Positions 16,734-26,924 of a DNA stretch of 28,639 bases are shown piece by piece. Position 1 is the first letter of the stretch, and each line of letters starts with the position of its first letter. Both the position numbers and the translations under genes were made by a program. This stretch comes from Erysipelotrichia bacterium. GTDB lineage: Bacteria; Bacillota_I; Bacilli_A; RFN20; CAG-826. The notes under the pieces were generated by a model. It had not been told where the DNA came from. It worked only from the letters and a program-made list of their open reading frames with translations, and did no database searches. The stretch spans positions 1 to 28,639 of the forward strand of contig JAAZFO010000065.1 of the NCBI GenBank assembly GCA_012511695.1. The letters are read 5' to 3'.

Positions 16734-18101
16734 TTATTCTTGTCCTCTAGCTACGACCTCATCAAAGGATTTACCTGCTAATAAGCCGTCGATCTGCGAG
16801 TTAAGTTCAAGGGCCACACCAACAACAATGATTAAGCCAGTACCGCCTAATGCCAGTGATTGGTTGCTTCCGAAGACTCCTGTCATGGTGAGAATCGGTG
16901 GCAAAGCAGCGATTAAAGCTAAGAAGCCCGCACCTATAACAGTAACACGATTTAAGACTTTACGCACGTAACGTTCAGTTTCATTGCCTTGACGAACCCC
17001 CGGAATGTAAGAACCATTTTTTTGAAAATTTTCCGCGAGCTGTTGCGGATTGATTTGCATATTCGCATAAAAGAAAGCGAAAGCAATAATCAAGAAAAGG
17101 TAAATAATTAAACCCCAGGGCATATACCAACCACCGTGATCATAAAGAGCAGAGGAGTTGAAAATATTTAGCCATTCGGCATTTGCACCTTGATCACTAT
17201 CGATAAAAGCCATGATGACGCTAGGTGCCATCAAAATAGAACTAGCGAAGATGACTGGAATAACACTGGCGGAGTTAATCTTAATCGGCAAGAAAGAAGC
17301 GCGGGCCATACTTTGAGTTTGCCCTCCGCCCTTGCCAGAATGTTGAACGGGAATTTTTCGTTTTGATAATTCGATAAAAGTGACAAAGGCTACAATGAGC
17401 AAATAAGCAAATATATAAAGCAAGAATTTGAAGATGCCCGCGATAGCCTCGCTTTCACCTTGTGCGAAGACATATGGAGAACCCCACATGTTCCAAGCGG
17501 TGACAAATTGAGAAGGTAAAGAGGAAACGATACCGGCGAAAATAATCATCGACACACCGTTGCCAATACCTTTAGTTGAGATTTGATCACCGAGCCACAT
17601 GACAAGCATTGTGCCAGCCAGTAAAACGATGACGATATAGATGTAAGTCAGCCACTCATATTCCGCAGTTGCAAACGAAATGTATTCGCTTGCTTCCATG
17701 GTTTTGATAATACCGTATGCTTGAACTGCCCCTAACATAAGGGTGAGATAGCGTGAGGTCATTTCAATTTTCTTACGACCGTATTGCCCTTGACGTTTTA
17801 AATCAGACAGAGCTGGTAAAACATCAGTAGACAATAGTTGGACAATAATTTGAGAAGTGATGTAAGGGCTGACGCCGAGTGCGAAAATAGAAAAACTTTG
17901 TAATGTACCGCCGCCCAATAAGTTCATGAGCGACAAAGCGTTATTACCACTTAAGTACTGGTTAAGCATACTGTCATCAGGAATAGAAACGCCTGGGACA
18001 GTTACTTGCGCGCCAAGCCGAAAGATAAAAAGAATTAGGACTGTAAATACAATCCGTCCCATTATCTCTTTGTTTTTGACGATATTAACAAGTTTTTTCA
18101 T
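16734..18101 (-). CDS. secY: Preprotein translocase SecY
   Basis: SIFALGVSPYITSQI, GIGNGVS, VIPVIFASS, GSYIPGVRQG, GGTGLIIVVGV. Confidence 0.99.
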   Translation of the reverse strand: MKKLVNIVKNKEIMGRIVFTVLILFIFRLGAQVTVPGVSIPDDSMLNQYLSGNNALSLMNLLGGGTLQSFSIFALGVSPYITSQIIVQLLSTDVLPALSDLKRQGQYGRKKIEMTSRYLTLMLGAVQAYGIIKTMEASEYISFATAEYEWLTYIYIVIVLLAGTMLVMWLGDQISTKGIGNGVSMIIFAGIVSSLPSQFVTAWNMWGSPYVFAQGESEAIAGIFKFLLYIFAYLLIVAFVTFIELSKRKIPVQHSGKGGGQTQSMARASFLPIKINSASVIPVIFASSILMAPSVIMAFIDSDQGANAEWLNIFNSSALYDHGGWYMPWGLIIYLFLIIAFAFFYANMQINPQQLAENFQKNGSYIPGVRQGNETERYVRKVLNRVTVIGAGFLALIAALPPILTMTGVFGSNQSLALGGTGLIIVVGVALELNSQIDGLLAGKSFDEVVARGQE

Positions 18102-18102
18102 G

Positions 18103-18543
18103 TTAAACTACCTCGATTTTACCACCAGCATTCACAATTGCGGCTTCTGCAGTTTTGGAAAAAGCCTTGGCTTGGACAGTTAGCTTTTTAGTTAACTTCC
18201 CGCCACCTAAAACTTTTAATCCATCTTTTTCTTTTTTAATAACGCCTTCTTCAATGAGCAATGCCGGAGTGACCATTGTTCCATCTGCAAATTTTTCTAA
18301 AACAGAAATATTTATAGTTGCGTAATTGATGCGATTAACATTTTTAAAACCACGTTTGGGCAAAGTTCTCCAAATTGGTAATTGGCCACCTTCGAACCCT
18401 AGAGCTACACCGCCGCCACTACGTGCTTTTTGACCTTTGTGGCCTCTGCCTGAAGTTTTACCTCTGCCAGAACCGATGCCACGCCCTTTACGGATACGGA
18501 CGAAGCGGGATCCTTCTGTGCTTTGAAGTTCATGCAATTTCAT
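18103..18543 (-). CDS. rplO: 50S ribosomal protein uL15
   Basis: [33 protein letters not shown]. Confidence 0.99.
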   Translation of the reverse strand: MKLHELQSTEGSRFVRIRKGRGIGSGRGKTSGRGHKGQKARSGGGVALGFEGGQLPIWRTLPKRGFKNVNRINYATINISVLEKFADGTMVTPALLIEEGVIKKEKDGLKVLGGGKLTKKLTVQAKAFSKTAEAAIVNAGGKIEVV

Positions 18544-18584
18544 ATGTACACCTCCGATTTCTTTCGTTGTTATAAGTAATTAAA

Positions 18585-19199
18585 CTATTCTTTACCACGA
18601 AGTTTTTTCATAACGTGGTAGTTTTTGAGGTTATTTAAGCCTTGGTTAGTTGCTCTAATAATATTTATTGGCGCGTGACTACCGTAGACTTTACTACAAA
18701 CGTTTTGTACGCCTGCGAGTTCCAGAACTGCTCTTACAGGACCACCAGCGATAACACCGGTACCTTCTGGTGCGGATTTTAATAAAACTCTACATGCACC
18801 AAACTTACCGACGATATCGTGCTCAATAGTGAAACCTTTAGCTAATTTAATATGGTGTAAATTCTTTTTAGCAGCTTCAGTAGCCTTTTTAATGGCGTCT
18901 GGGACTTCCGCGGCTTTGCCAACGGCGAATCCATATCTCCCCTTACGATCACCAACGACGACTAGCGCTGTAAATTTTATCCGCCGACCACCCTTGACAG
19001 TTTTACTCACTCTATTGATATAAACAACACGCTCTTCAAACTCTTTAGGTTCGTGACGACGAAAGCGCCGTGGGCCACCTCTATGAGTTGGACGACGATG
19101 ATCGCGACGATGCGGGCGTTGTCCTTGTGGAGCATTGGCTTTAGGAGCATTTGGTGTAGCGACTTCTTTTTTTGCTACAACGGCTTTACTTTCTTCCAT
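18585..19199 (-). CDS. rpsE: 30S ribosomal protein uS5 with N-terminal extension
   Basis: [22 protein letters not shown] at 19199 preferred over 19205 from SD spacing (GGAGG-8 nt-ATG). Confidence 0.97.
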   Translation of the reverse strand: MEESKAVVAKKEVATPNAPKANAPQGQRPHRRDHRRPTHRGGPRRFRRHEPKEFEERVVYINRVSKTVKGGRRIKFTALVVVGDRKGRYGFAVGKAAEVPDAIKKATEAAKKNLHHIKLAKGFTIEHDIVGKFGACRVLLKSAPEGTGVIAGGPVRAVLELAGVQNVCSKVYGSHAPINIIRATNQGLNNLKNYHVMKKLRGKE

Positions 19200-19213
19200 T
19201 TGCATTTCCTCCT

Positions 19214-19570
19214 TTAGAACACCAAGCCAGCTTCACGAGCGGCTTCGGCTAAAGCCTTGACACGGCCATGATAGAGATACCCACCCCTATCAAAGACGAT
19301 GGCTTTAATATTTAAGTTAAGTGCTTTTTCAGCAATGTCTTTACCGACAATTTTGGCAGCTTCAATGTTGCCACCATTTTTAAGCTTTAAGGTCATAGAG
19401 GAAGAAGCCGCTAAGGTAACGCCTTTTACATCATCAATGAGTTGCACTTCAATATTTTTATTAGAACGATAGAGACAGAGTCTTGGTCTTTCTGCGGTAC
19501 CAGAGACTTTTGTTCTGACACGTGCATGTCTTCTCAAACGAGAAATATTTTTGCTAGGCTTGTTTGTCAT
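19214..19570 (-). CDS. rplR: 50S ribosomal protein uL18
   Basis: [30 protein letters not shown]. Confidence 0.99.
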   Translation of the reverse strand: MTNKPSKNISRLRRHARVRTKVSGTAERPRLCLYRSNKNIEVQLIDDVKGVTLAASSSMTLKLKNGGNIEAAKIVGKDIAEKALNLNIKAIVFDRGGYLYHGRVKALAEAAREAGLVF

Positions 19571-19587
19571 AACTCATTCCTACCTTC

Positions 19588-20133
19588 CTATTTAATAGCG
19601 CCAGCGCGCTTACCCTCTTTAGTAATAACCACTTCACCTTTGTAACGAATTCCTTTGCCAAGATATGGTTCTGGGGGCCGGACTTCGCGGATGAGAGCGG
19701 CCGTTTGGCCGACAGCTTGTTTATCAATGCCTTCAACGATAATCTCAGTGGCATTCGGAACTGAAATGTTGACTCCGGGCTCTGCTTGAACAGTCACGGT
19801 GTGACTAAAGCCAACCCAAAGTTCAACCGCGTTGTCCCTTAATTGCGCTCTATAGCCAATGCCGCGGAGTTCTAAGACTTTTTTATAACCTTCAGAAACG
19901 CCGATGATGGCATTGTAGACATTAGAACGGGTCGTCCCGTGGTTTTGTTTGGTTTGTTTAGTATCGTTATCGCGTTTAAAAGCGACAACGGGACCATCAA
20001 CGTCCATTTTAATGCCTTTGTTGACAATAACATCTAAGGTACCTTTTGGACCAGTGACGACGGCAAAGCCATCCTTTTCACTTACAGTTACACCTGAAGG
20101 GAGATCGATATGTTTTTTTCCAATACGTGACAT
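19588..20133 (-). CDS. rplF: 50S ribosomal protein uL6
   Basis: MSRIGK, GPKGTL, RPPEPYLGKGIRY. Confidence 0.99.
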   Translation of the reverse strand: MSRIGKKHIDLPSGVTVSEKDGFAVVTGPKGTLDVIVNKGIKMDVDGPVVAFKRDNDTKQTKQNHGTTRSNVYNAIIGVSEGYKKVLELRGIGYRAQLRDNAVELWVGFSHTVTVQAEPGVNISVPNATEIIVEGIDKQAVGQTAALIREVRPPEPYLGKGIRYKGEVVITKEGKRAGAIK

Positions 20134-20146
20134 ATATCTTTCCTCC

Positions 20147-20536
20147 TTACCAGACGTAGCAAATTACTTCACCACCAATACCAAGCGTTCTGGCTTTTGT
20201 GTCAGTCATCACGCCTTGAGAGGTGGAAATAATTGCGATTCCTAAGCCTTTTAAGACTCTAGGGAGCTTTTCAAATCCGACATTAACTCTTAAGCCGGGT
20301 TTGGAAATTTTTTTAAGACCAGAAATAATTCTTTCTCCGTCGAAATATTTAAGGCTAATGTTTAATTCTTTTTTAACTTTACCAGTGACTTTGTAGCCAA
20401 TGATAAAGCCTTCTTCTTTTAGAATCTTTGCGATTTCAACTTTCATCTTACTAGAAGGCATCTTCACAGATTCGTGTTTTGACGCGTTTGCGTTTCTAAT
20501 GCGGGTTAGCATATCCGCGATTGGATCAGTCATCAT
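20147..20536 (-). CDS. rpsH: 30S ribosomal protein uS8
   Basis: [30 protein letters not shown]. Confidence 0.99.
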   Translation of the reverse strand: MMTDPIADMLTRIRNANASKHESVKMPSSKMKVEIAKILKEEGFIIGYKVTGKVKKELNISLKYFDGERIISGLKKISKPGLRVNVGFEKLPRVLKGLGIAIISTSQGVMTDTKARTLGIGGEVICYVW

Positions 20537-20560
20537 AAATAATCGATATCCTCCTTTTCT

Positions 20561-20746
20561 TTACCAAGATGATTTCTTCATGCCGGGAATTTCGCCTCGG
20601 TAGGCTAATTCTCTGAGACAGATGCGGCATAATTGAAATTTGATGTAAACAGAACGTGGCCGTCCACAACGCTGACAGCGAGTATAGTTACGCACTTTGA
20701 ATTTCGCTGGACGGCTTTGACGGACTCTTAAACTTTTCTTTGCCAT
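20561..20746 (-). CDS. rpsN: 30S ribosomal protein uS14, type Z (Zn-binding)
   Basis: 61 aa; RCQRCGR..CRIC; [11 protein letters not shown]. Confidence 0.98.
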   Translation of the reverse strand: MAKKSLRVRQSRPAKFKVRNYTRCQRCGRPRSVYIKFQLCRICLRELAYRGEIPGMKKSSW

Positions 20747-20764
20747 AATGTTGTGAACTCCTTT

Positions 20765-21811
20765 CTAACGTTGGAAGGGCATACCCAATAATTCTAACAG
20801 GGCATACGCTTCTATATCGTTTGGGGCGGTAGTGACGATAACAACGTCCATACCGCGAACCTTTATCACCTTATCATAGTCGATTTCAGGGAAAATTAAT
20901 TGTTCTCTGATACCGAGAGTATAATTGCCGCGACCATCGAAAGCATTTTTATTAGCGCCTCGGAAGTCACGCACCCTTGGAAGAGAAATGGTCACCAATT
21001 TATCAAAGAAGTCATACATCCTAATGCCTCTTAGAGTAACTTTACAACCGATTTCTTGGCCTGCTCTTAACTTGAAGCTCGCAATACTCTTTTTTGCTTT
21101 AGTAATGATTGGCTTTTGGCTGGAAAGAAGAGCTAACTCGTTAACAGCTTGTTCTAGCTTCTTGCCATCTTGGGTCGCATCACCAACACCAACATTAATA
21201 ACAATTTTACTCAAAGCAGGAATTTGCATTGGTGAGCTGTAGCCAAATTTTTCTAATAATTTAGGGGCTACTTCGTTCTTATATTTGAGTTGCAAACGAT
21301 TAGCAACAATCGCTTTCTTATGACCTTTGACGACCTTTGAGGCGGCTGGTTTCGCTTTGGCTGGAGCCGCAGCTTTTGGCGCTGGGTCTTTCTTAACAGT
21401 TGCTTTTTTCTTTGGAGCCACTTCTTTTTTAGGAGCCGGCTCTTTCTTTGGAGTTGCTGCTTTTGGAGCTACTTCTTTCTTTGTAGCAGCTTCTTTCTTA
21501 ACAACTGATTTTTTATCCACAACTACTTCTTTTTTAGCAACGGGTTCTTTTTTAGTGGCTGCTTTCGTAGTTGGCTCTTTCTTTGGAGCAGCTTCTTTCT
21601 TAACAGCTTCTTCTTTCTTCGTAGCCTTAGCTTTTGGAGCTACTTCTTTTTTAGGGGCTGACTCTTTCTTCGCAGCTACTTTTTTCTTTGGAGCAGCTTC
21701 CTTCTCTGCAACTACTTCTTTTTTAGGGGCTGCAACTTTTGGAGCTACTTCTTTCTTTGGAGCAGCTTTCTTCGCTGGCGCTTTGGTTTCTTTTTTAATT
21801 TCTTCGGCCAT
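20765..21811 (-). CDS. rplE: 50S ribosomal protein uL5 with a 170-aa Lys/Ala/Glu/Pro-rich N-terminal extension
   Basis: L5 core of 178 aa at 20768-21301 ([34 protein letters not shown]). Start at 21811 follows AAGGAGG-8 nt; the ORF-track start at 21856 lies inside rplX. Confidence 0.96.
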   Translation of the reverse strand: MAEEIKKETKAPAKKAAPKKEVAPKVAAPKKEVVAEKEAAPKKKVAAKKESAPKKEVAPKAKATKKEEAVKKEAAPKKEPTTKAATKKEPVAKKEVVVDKKSVVKKEAATKKEVAPKAATPKKEPAPKKEVAPKKKATVKKDPAPKAAAPAKAKPAASKVVKGHKKAIVANRLQLKYKNEVAPKLLEKFGYSSPMQIPALSKIVINVGVGDATQDGKKLEQAVNELALLSSQKPIITKAKKSIASFKLRAGQEIGCKVTLRGIRMYDFFDKLVTISLPRVRDFRGANKNAFDGRGNYTLGIREQLIFPEIDYDKVIKVRGMDVVIVTTAPNDIEAYALLELLGMPFQR

Positions 21812-21824
21812 GACAGCTTCCTCC

Positions 21825-22130
21825 TTATAGCACAGTGTCACTAGCTTTGGTGACACGGACTTTCTTACCCTTGACGACTTTATGACCGATACGGGTAGGT
21901 TTTTTAGTTTTTGGATCTAGCAACATGACATTACTAGCATGGATGGGCGCATAAATTTCAACAATGCCACCATCTGGATTTTTTTGTGATGGTTTATTGT
22001 GTTTCTTACGAATGTTCACATTTTCCACCACCACACGATTTTGTTTAGGAATAACTTTTTGAATAGTGCCAGTTTTTCCTTTATCGCGACCAGCGATCAC
22101 GATAACTTTATCACCTTTTACAAGATTCAT
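21825..22130 (-). CDS. rplX: 50S ribosomal protein uL24
   Basis: [23 protein letters not shown]. Start at 22130 follows AAGGAGG-8 nt. Confidence 0.97.
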   Translation of the reverse strand: MNLVKGDKVIVIAGRDKGKTGTIQKVIPKQNRVVVENVNIRKKHNKPSQKNPDGGIVEIYAPIHASNVMLLDPKTKKPTRIGHKVVKGKKVRVTKASDTVL

Positions 22131-22143
22131 AGTTTTTTCCTCC

Positions 22144-22521
22144 TTATAAAACTTCAGGGGCGAGGGAAACAATTTTCATGAACCCTTCAATACCCTTTTC
22201 GCGAAGTTCTCTAGCCACAGGTCCGAAGACACGCGTACCTATGGGTACATTGTCCTCATTAATAATAACAGCAGCATTATCATCAAAAGTAATGGTTGAA
22301 CCATCACGACGACCGATCGCTTTTTTGGTTCTAACGATCACGCATCTAACGATGTCGCCTTTTTTCACTTTACCATGTGGTACAGCGGATTTGACGGAAC
22401 AAAGAACGATATCTCCAACACTGCTAAATTTACGATTAGAACCGCCATAGAGAGTAAACGCGCGGACGGATTTAGCACCAGAGTTATCAGCGACAACTAG
22501 GTTGGTCTCTTTATGGATCAT
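22144..22521 (-). CDS. rplN: 50S ribosomal protein uL14
   Basis: [33 protein letters not shown]. Confidence 0.99.
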   Translation of the reverse strand: MIHKETNLVVADNSGAKSVRAFTLYGGSNRKFSSVGDIVLCSVKSAVPHGKVKKGDIVRCVIVRTKKAIGRRDGSTITFDDNAAVIINEDNVPIGTRVFGPVARELREKGIEGFMKIVSLAPEVL

Positions 22522-22523
22522 AA

Positions 22524-22883
22524 CTATTCGTCCTCCTTGTTTTCTGCTGGAGCTTCAACAGCTGCTTCCACTTCAACGATTTCTTCTTGGTTGGGTTCAG
22601 CTTCAGTTTGTATGACAATCGAGTTTTCTTTCCTATCGATTGAGACTAATCTCCAACGTTTAATAGCGCTTAATTTACGTGTTTCCATGATGGTGACCAC
22701 ATCGCCGACTTTAGCGGAGTTTTCTTCATCATGAGCATAATATTTTTTACCGTATTTAACGCGCTTACCGTATTTGGGATGTTTTCTGTGTGTTTCGACA
22801 AGGACAACGATAGTTTTGGCGTTCTTGTCTGAAACGACGACGCCTTGGACAGCACGGCGTGCTTTTGTTGTTCTAACTTCCAT
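22524..22883 (-). CDS. rpsQ: 30S ribosomal protein uS17 with acidic C-terminal extension
   Basis: [30 protein letters not shown]. Confidence 0.98.
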   Translation of the reverse strand: MEVRTTKARRAVQGVVVSDKNAKTIVVLVETHRKHPKYGKRVKYGKKYYAHDEENSAKVGDVVTIMETRKLSAIKRWRLVSIDRKENSIVIQTEAEPNQEEIVEVEAAVEAPAENKEDE

Positions 22884-22897
22884 TTTCTGCGTCCTCC

Positions 22898-23101
22898 TTA
22901 TTTACCTTCCGCTTCAATTTCGCGTTCTCTAATGACGAGATTGACGCGAGCAATGTTTTTTCTAACAGCGGTGACATCTTCACCTCTATCGAGAGCCCCG
23001 ACAGCTTTTTTTCTGCGCAGCTCAAACAATTGTTCTTTGAATGAGTATAATTTTTCTTTTAATTCACTTGTCGTAAGTTCACGAACTTCATTAATTTTCA
23101 T
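22898..23101 (-). CDS. rpmC: 50S ribosomal protein uL29
   Basis: Position in the operon; ELTTSEL..LFELR..RKNIARV. Confidence 0.95.
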   Translation of the reverse strand: MKINEVRELTTSELKEKLYSFKEQLFELRRKKAVGALDRGEDVTAVRKNIARVNLVIREREIEAEGK

Positions 23102-23106
23102 AACTA

Positions 23107-23517
23107 TTACTCACCTTTCTTAACAACTCTACATTTGATGGGGAGTTTATAAGCCGATAAGCGAAGGGCTTCTCTCATAACTTCTTCAGCTACACCATCA
23201 ATTTCGAACATGATGCACCCTTTTCTAACTACGGCTACCCAATGATCTGGCGAACCTTTACCGGAACCCATCCGCACTTCAGCTGGTTTTTTGGTTTTAG
23301 CTAAATGTGGGAAAATTCTGATCCAGATTTTGCCACCTCTTCTAGTGTAGCGAGCGAGGACAATACGGGCAGCTTCAATTTGACGGGCGGTAATCCAAGC
23401 CCCTTCGACTGCTTGTAAACCAAGTTTTCCAAATACCACTTTTTGAGTGGATTTGCAGTGTCCCTCATATTTAATAATATGCGGACGACGATATTTAACA
23501 CGTTTTGGTTGTAACAT
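23107..23517 (-). CDS. rplP: 50S ribosomal protein uL16
   Basis: [31 protein letters not shown]. Confidence 0.99.
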   Translation of the reverse strand: MLQPKRVKYRRPHIIKYEGHCKSTQKVVFGKLGLQAVEGAWITARQIEAARIVLARYTRRGGKIWIRIFPHLAKTKKPAEVRMGSGKGSPDHWVAVVRKGCIMFEIDGVAEEVMREALRLSAYKLPIKCRVVKKGE

Positions 23518-23519
23518 GG

Positions 23520-24197
23520 TTATTCTCCTTTCTCACGAGCTTTCTTTTGAAGTTCAGGGCGAATTTCACCGCGGCAAATCCACACTTTAACGCCTAAACG
23601 GCCGTACTGTGTCGCAGCGTGGACGCACATATAGTCGATATCACTTCTCAACGTATGTAGAGGAATGATACCTTCGCGATAGCCTTCTGAACGAGCAATA
23701 TCTGTACCGCCTAAACGACCACTGACGAGAGTTTTAATACCTTTAGCGCCAGCTTTGCGAACTCTTTGAATCGCTCTTTTTTGGACGGTTCTAAAGCTTG
23801 CTCTTTCCTCGAGTTGTTTAGCGATTCCTTGCGCAACGATGTTGGCGTCTAAATCAGGATTTTTGACTTCAACGACGTCGATACGCACTTCGCTGTTATT
23901 TAATAATTTATTTAACTTCTCTCTTAACGCTCTGATGTTTTTGCCGTCTTGGCCGATAACTACACCTGGACGAGCGACAAAAATCATGACCACAACGTTG
24001 TAGCCCTTATCAGTTTTAATTCTTTCGATTTCAACATGAGAGAGTAAGGCTTCTTTTAATTCAACAGTGAGGAACTCACGTACTTTGATATCTTCATGTA
24101 AAAAGATGGCGTATTCTTTATCATTAGCAAACCAACGAGAATTCCAATCCTTGTTGATGCCAACTCTTAAGCCTACTGGATTAACTTTTTGACCCAT
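23520..24197 (-). CDS. rpsC: 30S ribosomal protein uS3
   Basis: [37 protein letters not shown]. Confidence 0.99.
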   Translation of the reverse strand: MGQKVNPVGLRVGINKDWNSRWFANDKEYAIFLHEDIKVREFLTVELKEALLSHVEIERIKTDKGYNVVVMIFVARPGVVIGQDGKNIRALREKLNKLLNNSEVRIDVVEVKNPDLDANIVAQGIAKQLEERASFRTVQKRAIQRVRKAGAKGIKTLVSGRLGGTDIARSEGYREGIIPLHTLRSDIDYMCVHAATQYGRLGVKVWICRGEIRPELQKKAREKGE

Positions 24198-24210
24198 TGA
24201 CGATTTCCTC

Positions 24211-24717
24211 CTATTTCATCTTCACCACAACGGTGATATTGGAACTGCGCTTAACTAAGCCAGAAGCAGAACCTTTTGCTCTCGGCATGTAGCGTTTCAT
24301 TTTTAAGCCATCGTTAGCATAGATTTCATCGATATACAGTGTATCTTCATCCATGCCAAAGTTATTGACGGCATTAGCGACAGCAGATTTAATAACTTTA
24401 ATGACTGGCTTACTCGCGGAACGATTGACGTTTCCGAGAATGCTTAGTGCTTGTTTGACTTCCAAACCTCTCACGAGATCAATGACTAAGCGCACTTTAC
24501 GTGGTGTGACTTTGACATTTCTTGCGATAGCTTTGGCTTCAGTGGGCATTAGCTTTTCAGGAGCGACTGGTTTCACTTTTTCTTTTGCCACTTTTGCCGC
24601 TTTCTTAGAAGCGACTTTCCTGGGAGCTTTTTTTTCTTTAGCGACGGCAGCACTTTCTTCCACTACTGGTTCCGCCACTTTTTTTGCTTTTTTAGGAGCT
24701 TTCTTTTCTTCTGCCAT
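24211..24717 (-). CDS. rplV: 50S ribosomal protein uL22 with a 56-aa K/A/E-rich N-terminal extension
   Basis: Core [31 protein letters not shown] precedes 24717; no SD precedes the internal Met57. Confidence 0.96.
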   Translation of the reverse strand: MAEEKKAPKKAKKVAEPVVEESAAVAKEKKAPRKVASKKAAKVAKEKVKPVAPEKLMPTEAKAIARNVKVTPRKVRLVIDLVRGLEVKQALSILGNVNRSASKPVIKVIKSAVANAVNNFGMDEDTLYIDEIYANDGLKMKRYMPRAKGSASGLVKRSSNITVVVKMK

Positions 24718-24728
24718 GATTAGTCCTC

Positions 24729-25025
24729 CTATTTTCTACGGGCCCTAGCTGCTTTATCTTCAGCAGTGTGACCTGTATGTCCAGCAAATCTTCTCGTTGG
24801 AGAAAATTCACCTAATTTATGTCCGACCATATCTTCCGTCACATAAACAGAGATATGTTCTTTACCGTTGTAAACCGCGAATGTGTGACCTACAAATGAT
24901 GGATAAATTGTAGAGCGGCGTGACCAAGTCTTGATGACTTCTTTTTTGTTTTTTGCATTCAAAGCTTCAACTTTTTTCATTAGTGGAGCATCAACGAATG
25001 CACCTTTTTTTAAACTTCTTGCCAT
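24729..25025 (-). CDS. rpsS: 30S ribosomal protein uS19
   Basis: [28 protein letters not shown]. Confidence 0.99.
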   Translation of the reverse strand: MARSLKKGAFVDAPLMKKVEALNAKNKKEVIKTWSRRSTIYPSFVGHTFAVYNGKEHISVYVTEDMVGHKLGEFSPTRRFAGHTGHTAEDKAARARRK

Positions 25026-25045
25026 ATGTTTATCTCCTTTCGCGA

Positions 25046-25879
25046 TTATTTAGCAGGCCGGCGTCTCACAATTAATCTGCTGGAAGCTTTTCTCTTATTC
25101 CGTGTTCTGACACCTAGTGCACGTTTGCCCCATGGGGTTCTCGGTGCATCGTGGCCGATTGGTGATTTCCCCTCACCACCACCGTGTGGGTGATCGCTTG
25201 GGTTCATCGCACTTCCGCGGACGGCAGGCCTTCTGCCATACCAACGACTTTTGCCAGCTTTACCTAAGTTAATTAAGTTCCAACTCTCATTACCGACAGT
25301 CCCTATAGTAGCACGACAGGAACCTAATACTTTGCGTACTTCACCTGAGGTTAAGCGGAGCAAAACATATTTGCCTTCACTGCCGAGGACTTGAGCTTTA
25401 GCGCCAGCGGCTCTACACATCTGGCCGCCTCTGCCGGGAGCTAGTTCAATGTTGTGAACGAGAGTTCCTTCAGGAATGTTCCGGAGGGCGCAGGCATTAC
25501 CTATGATGATATCAGTGGCTTCATCAGCAACAATTCTTTGACCAACTTTGATATCTTTTGGGGCGATAATATAACGCTTTTCACCATCTAAATAATTAAT
25601 TAAGCAAATGTTAGCGTTACGATTTGGATCATATTCGATTGATTTGACAACCCCTGGAACACCATCTTTATTACGTTTGAAATCAATAATGCGATATTTT
25701 CGCTTATGACCTCCACCTCTGTGGCGGCAGGTGATAACGCCTTGGTTATTTCTACCACCAGTTTTGGGTAAACTGACTAATAAACTTTTCTCAGGAGCGG
25801 TTTTGGTGAGTTCACCAAATGTCAAATTCGTCATGTTTCTGCGACTTGGGGTCGTAGGTTTGTATTTTCTAATTGACAC
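25046..25879 (-). CDS. rplB: 50S ribosomal protein uL2
   Basis: [32 protein letters not shown]. Confidence 0.99.
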   Translation of the reverse strand: MSIRKYKPTTPSRRNMTNLTFGELTKTAPEKSLLVSLPKTGGRNNQGVITCRHRGGGHKRKYRIIDFKRNKDGVPGVVKSIEYDPNRNANICLINYLDGEKRYIIAPKDIKVGQRIVADEATDIIIGNACALRNIPEGTLVHNIELAPGRGGQMCRAAGAKAQVLGSEGKYVLLRLTSGEVRKVLGSCRATIGTVGNESWNLINLGKAGKSRWYGRRPAVRGSAMNPSDHPHGGGEGKSPIGHDAPRTPWGKRALGVRTRNKRKASSRLIVRRRPAK

Positions 25880-25917
25880 TATTTTTTCCTCCTATATTTG
25901 TGGAATAAGCCCATATC

Positions 25918-26262
25918 TTATTCTTTGAAAAGGTCGATTGCTTCGCCTTCAGCGACGGTAACAATGGCCTTTTTATAACCAGAAATCTTACCAGGGTATC
26001 TGGTGCCTCTTGTGGTTGCTTTTGCTTTTTGATTTAAGACTTTGACGTCATCAACTTTCACTTGGAAAATTCTTTCAAACGTTAATTTGATTTCAATTTT
26101 AGTCGAAGTTGATAACACCTTAAGGGTGACTTTGTTTTCGTTTTGCATCAAATCCATCGCTTTTTCAGTGATAATCGGCTTAGCGATAACAGAAAAGTCT
26201 TTTTCGGTTGCTTTTGGAAAGCGAATTTTTGTTTTTAATGCAGCTTTTTTCTTAGATGCCAT
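25918..26262 (-). CDS. rplW: 50S ribosomal protein uL23 with short basic N-terminal extension
   Basis: PIITEKA, KIEIK..FQVKV, KKAIVT. Confidence 0.97.
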   Translation of the reverse strand: MASKKKAALKTKIRFPKATEKDFSVIAKPIITEKAMDLMQNENKVTLKVLSTSTKIEIKLTFERIFQVKVDDVKVLNQKAKATTRGTRYPGKISGYKKAIVTVAEGEAIDLFKE

Positions 26263-26263
26263 A

Positions 26264-26902
26264 TTACCTTAGCGCCTCCTCAATTGTTTTAATGCTAGTT
26301 TTCGAGACGATGAGATTTTCGACATTTAATAAATCGAGAACACTGACATTGTCTGGAGTGACAACCTTGGCGTAACGAATGTTGCGCGCACTAGCATAAA
26401 TTTCTTCGGTGATTTCATCGACGACGACAAGGGCTTTTCTATCGACCTTAAACGCATCTAAGAAAGTGACAAAATTTTTAGTTTTCATCTCTTCAAATTG
26501 AATAGCATCGACGACGACGAGTCCGTTTTTAGTTTTTAAACTTAACGCAGACTTAAGCGCAAGTTTATGTTCTTTTTTGTTTTGGGAAAGTTTGTAATTT
26601 TGGTTTCCCACTGGTCCAAAGATGGTACCTCCACCGACCCAAATTGGGGAACGTCTACTACCAGCACGGGCGCGGCCGGTACCTTTTTGACGGAAGGGTT
26701 TTTTACCACCACCACGAACTTCTTTGCGGGTTTTGGTTTTTGCAGTAGCTTGTCTGGCATTAGCCTGTTCAACTTGAACGGCATCAAACATCACTTGCTG
26801 ATGTGGTTCAACATTGAAGACTGCGGCATTAAGAGCCATTTTGGACACTTCTTCGCCAGCCATGTTATAAACTTTGACACTAACTGTTTTCTTTTCTGCC
26901 AT
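26264..26902 (-). CDS. rplD: 50S ribosomal protein uL4
   Basis: TKTRKEVRGGGKKPFRQKGTGRARAGS, WVGGG. Confidence 0.99.
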   Translation of the reverse strand: MAEKKTVSVKVYNMAGEEVSKMALNAAVFNVEPHQQVMFDAVQVEQANARQATAKTKTRKEVRGGGKKPFRQKGTGRARAGSRRSPIWVGGGTIFGPVGNQNYKLSQNKKEHKLALKSALSLKTKNGLVVVDAIQFEEMKTKNFVTFLDAFKVDRKALVVVDEITEEIYASARNIRYAKVVTPDNVSVLDLLNVENLIVSKTSIKTIEEALR

Positions 26903-26924
26903 AATTCAGTTCTCCTTTCCGTAC

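Noticed and set aside
16285-16971. 228-aa plus-strand ORF opposite adk and secY
   Set aside because: In-register antisense shadow of conserved genes, with no SD and no recognisable domain.
21401-21770. Direct repeats as a CRISPR array or mobile-element repeats
   Set aside because: They are in-frame coding units of variable length without unique spacers, and there are no cas or transposase genes.
21327-21830. 167-aa Phe/Ala/Gly-rich plus-strand ORF resembling a membrane protein
   Set aside because: Exact antisense shadow of the uL5 repeat tail. AAA/GAA/GCT codons read as TTT/TTC/AGC, so the absence of stops is expected.
21812-22172. ORF-track starts for rplE (21856) and rplX (22172)
   Set aside because: Both lie inside the upstream gene. 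Downstream ATGs at 21811 and 22130 have AAGGAGG at 8-nt spacing.
24353-24748. 131-aa plus-strand ORF
   Set aside because: Antisense shadow of the rplV tail, explained by the same codon effect.
14960-25879. Arginine codon reassignment (AGG, CGG or CGA), as reported for some uncultured Bacilli clades
   Set aside because: These codons occupy conserved Arg positions: AGG in bL36 KQRQG, CGG in uL6 RPPEPY and uL2 RTRN, CGA in IF-1 TYRF.
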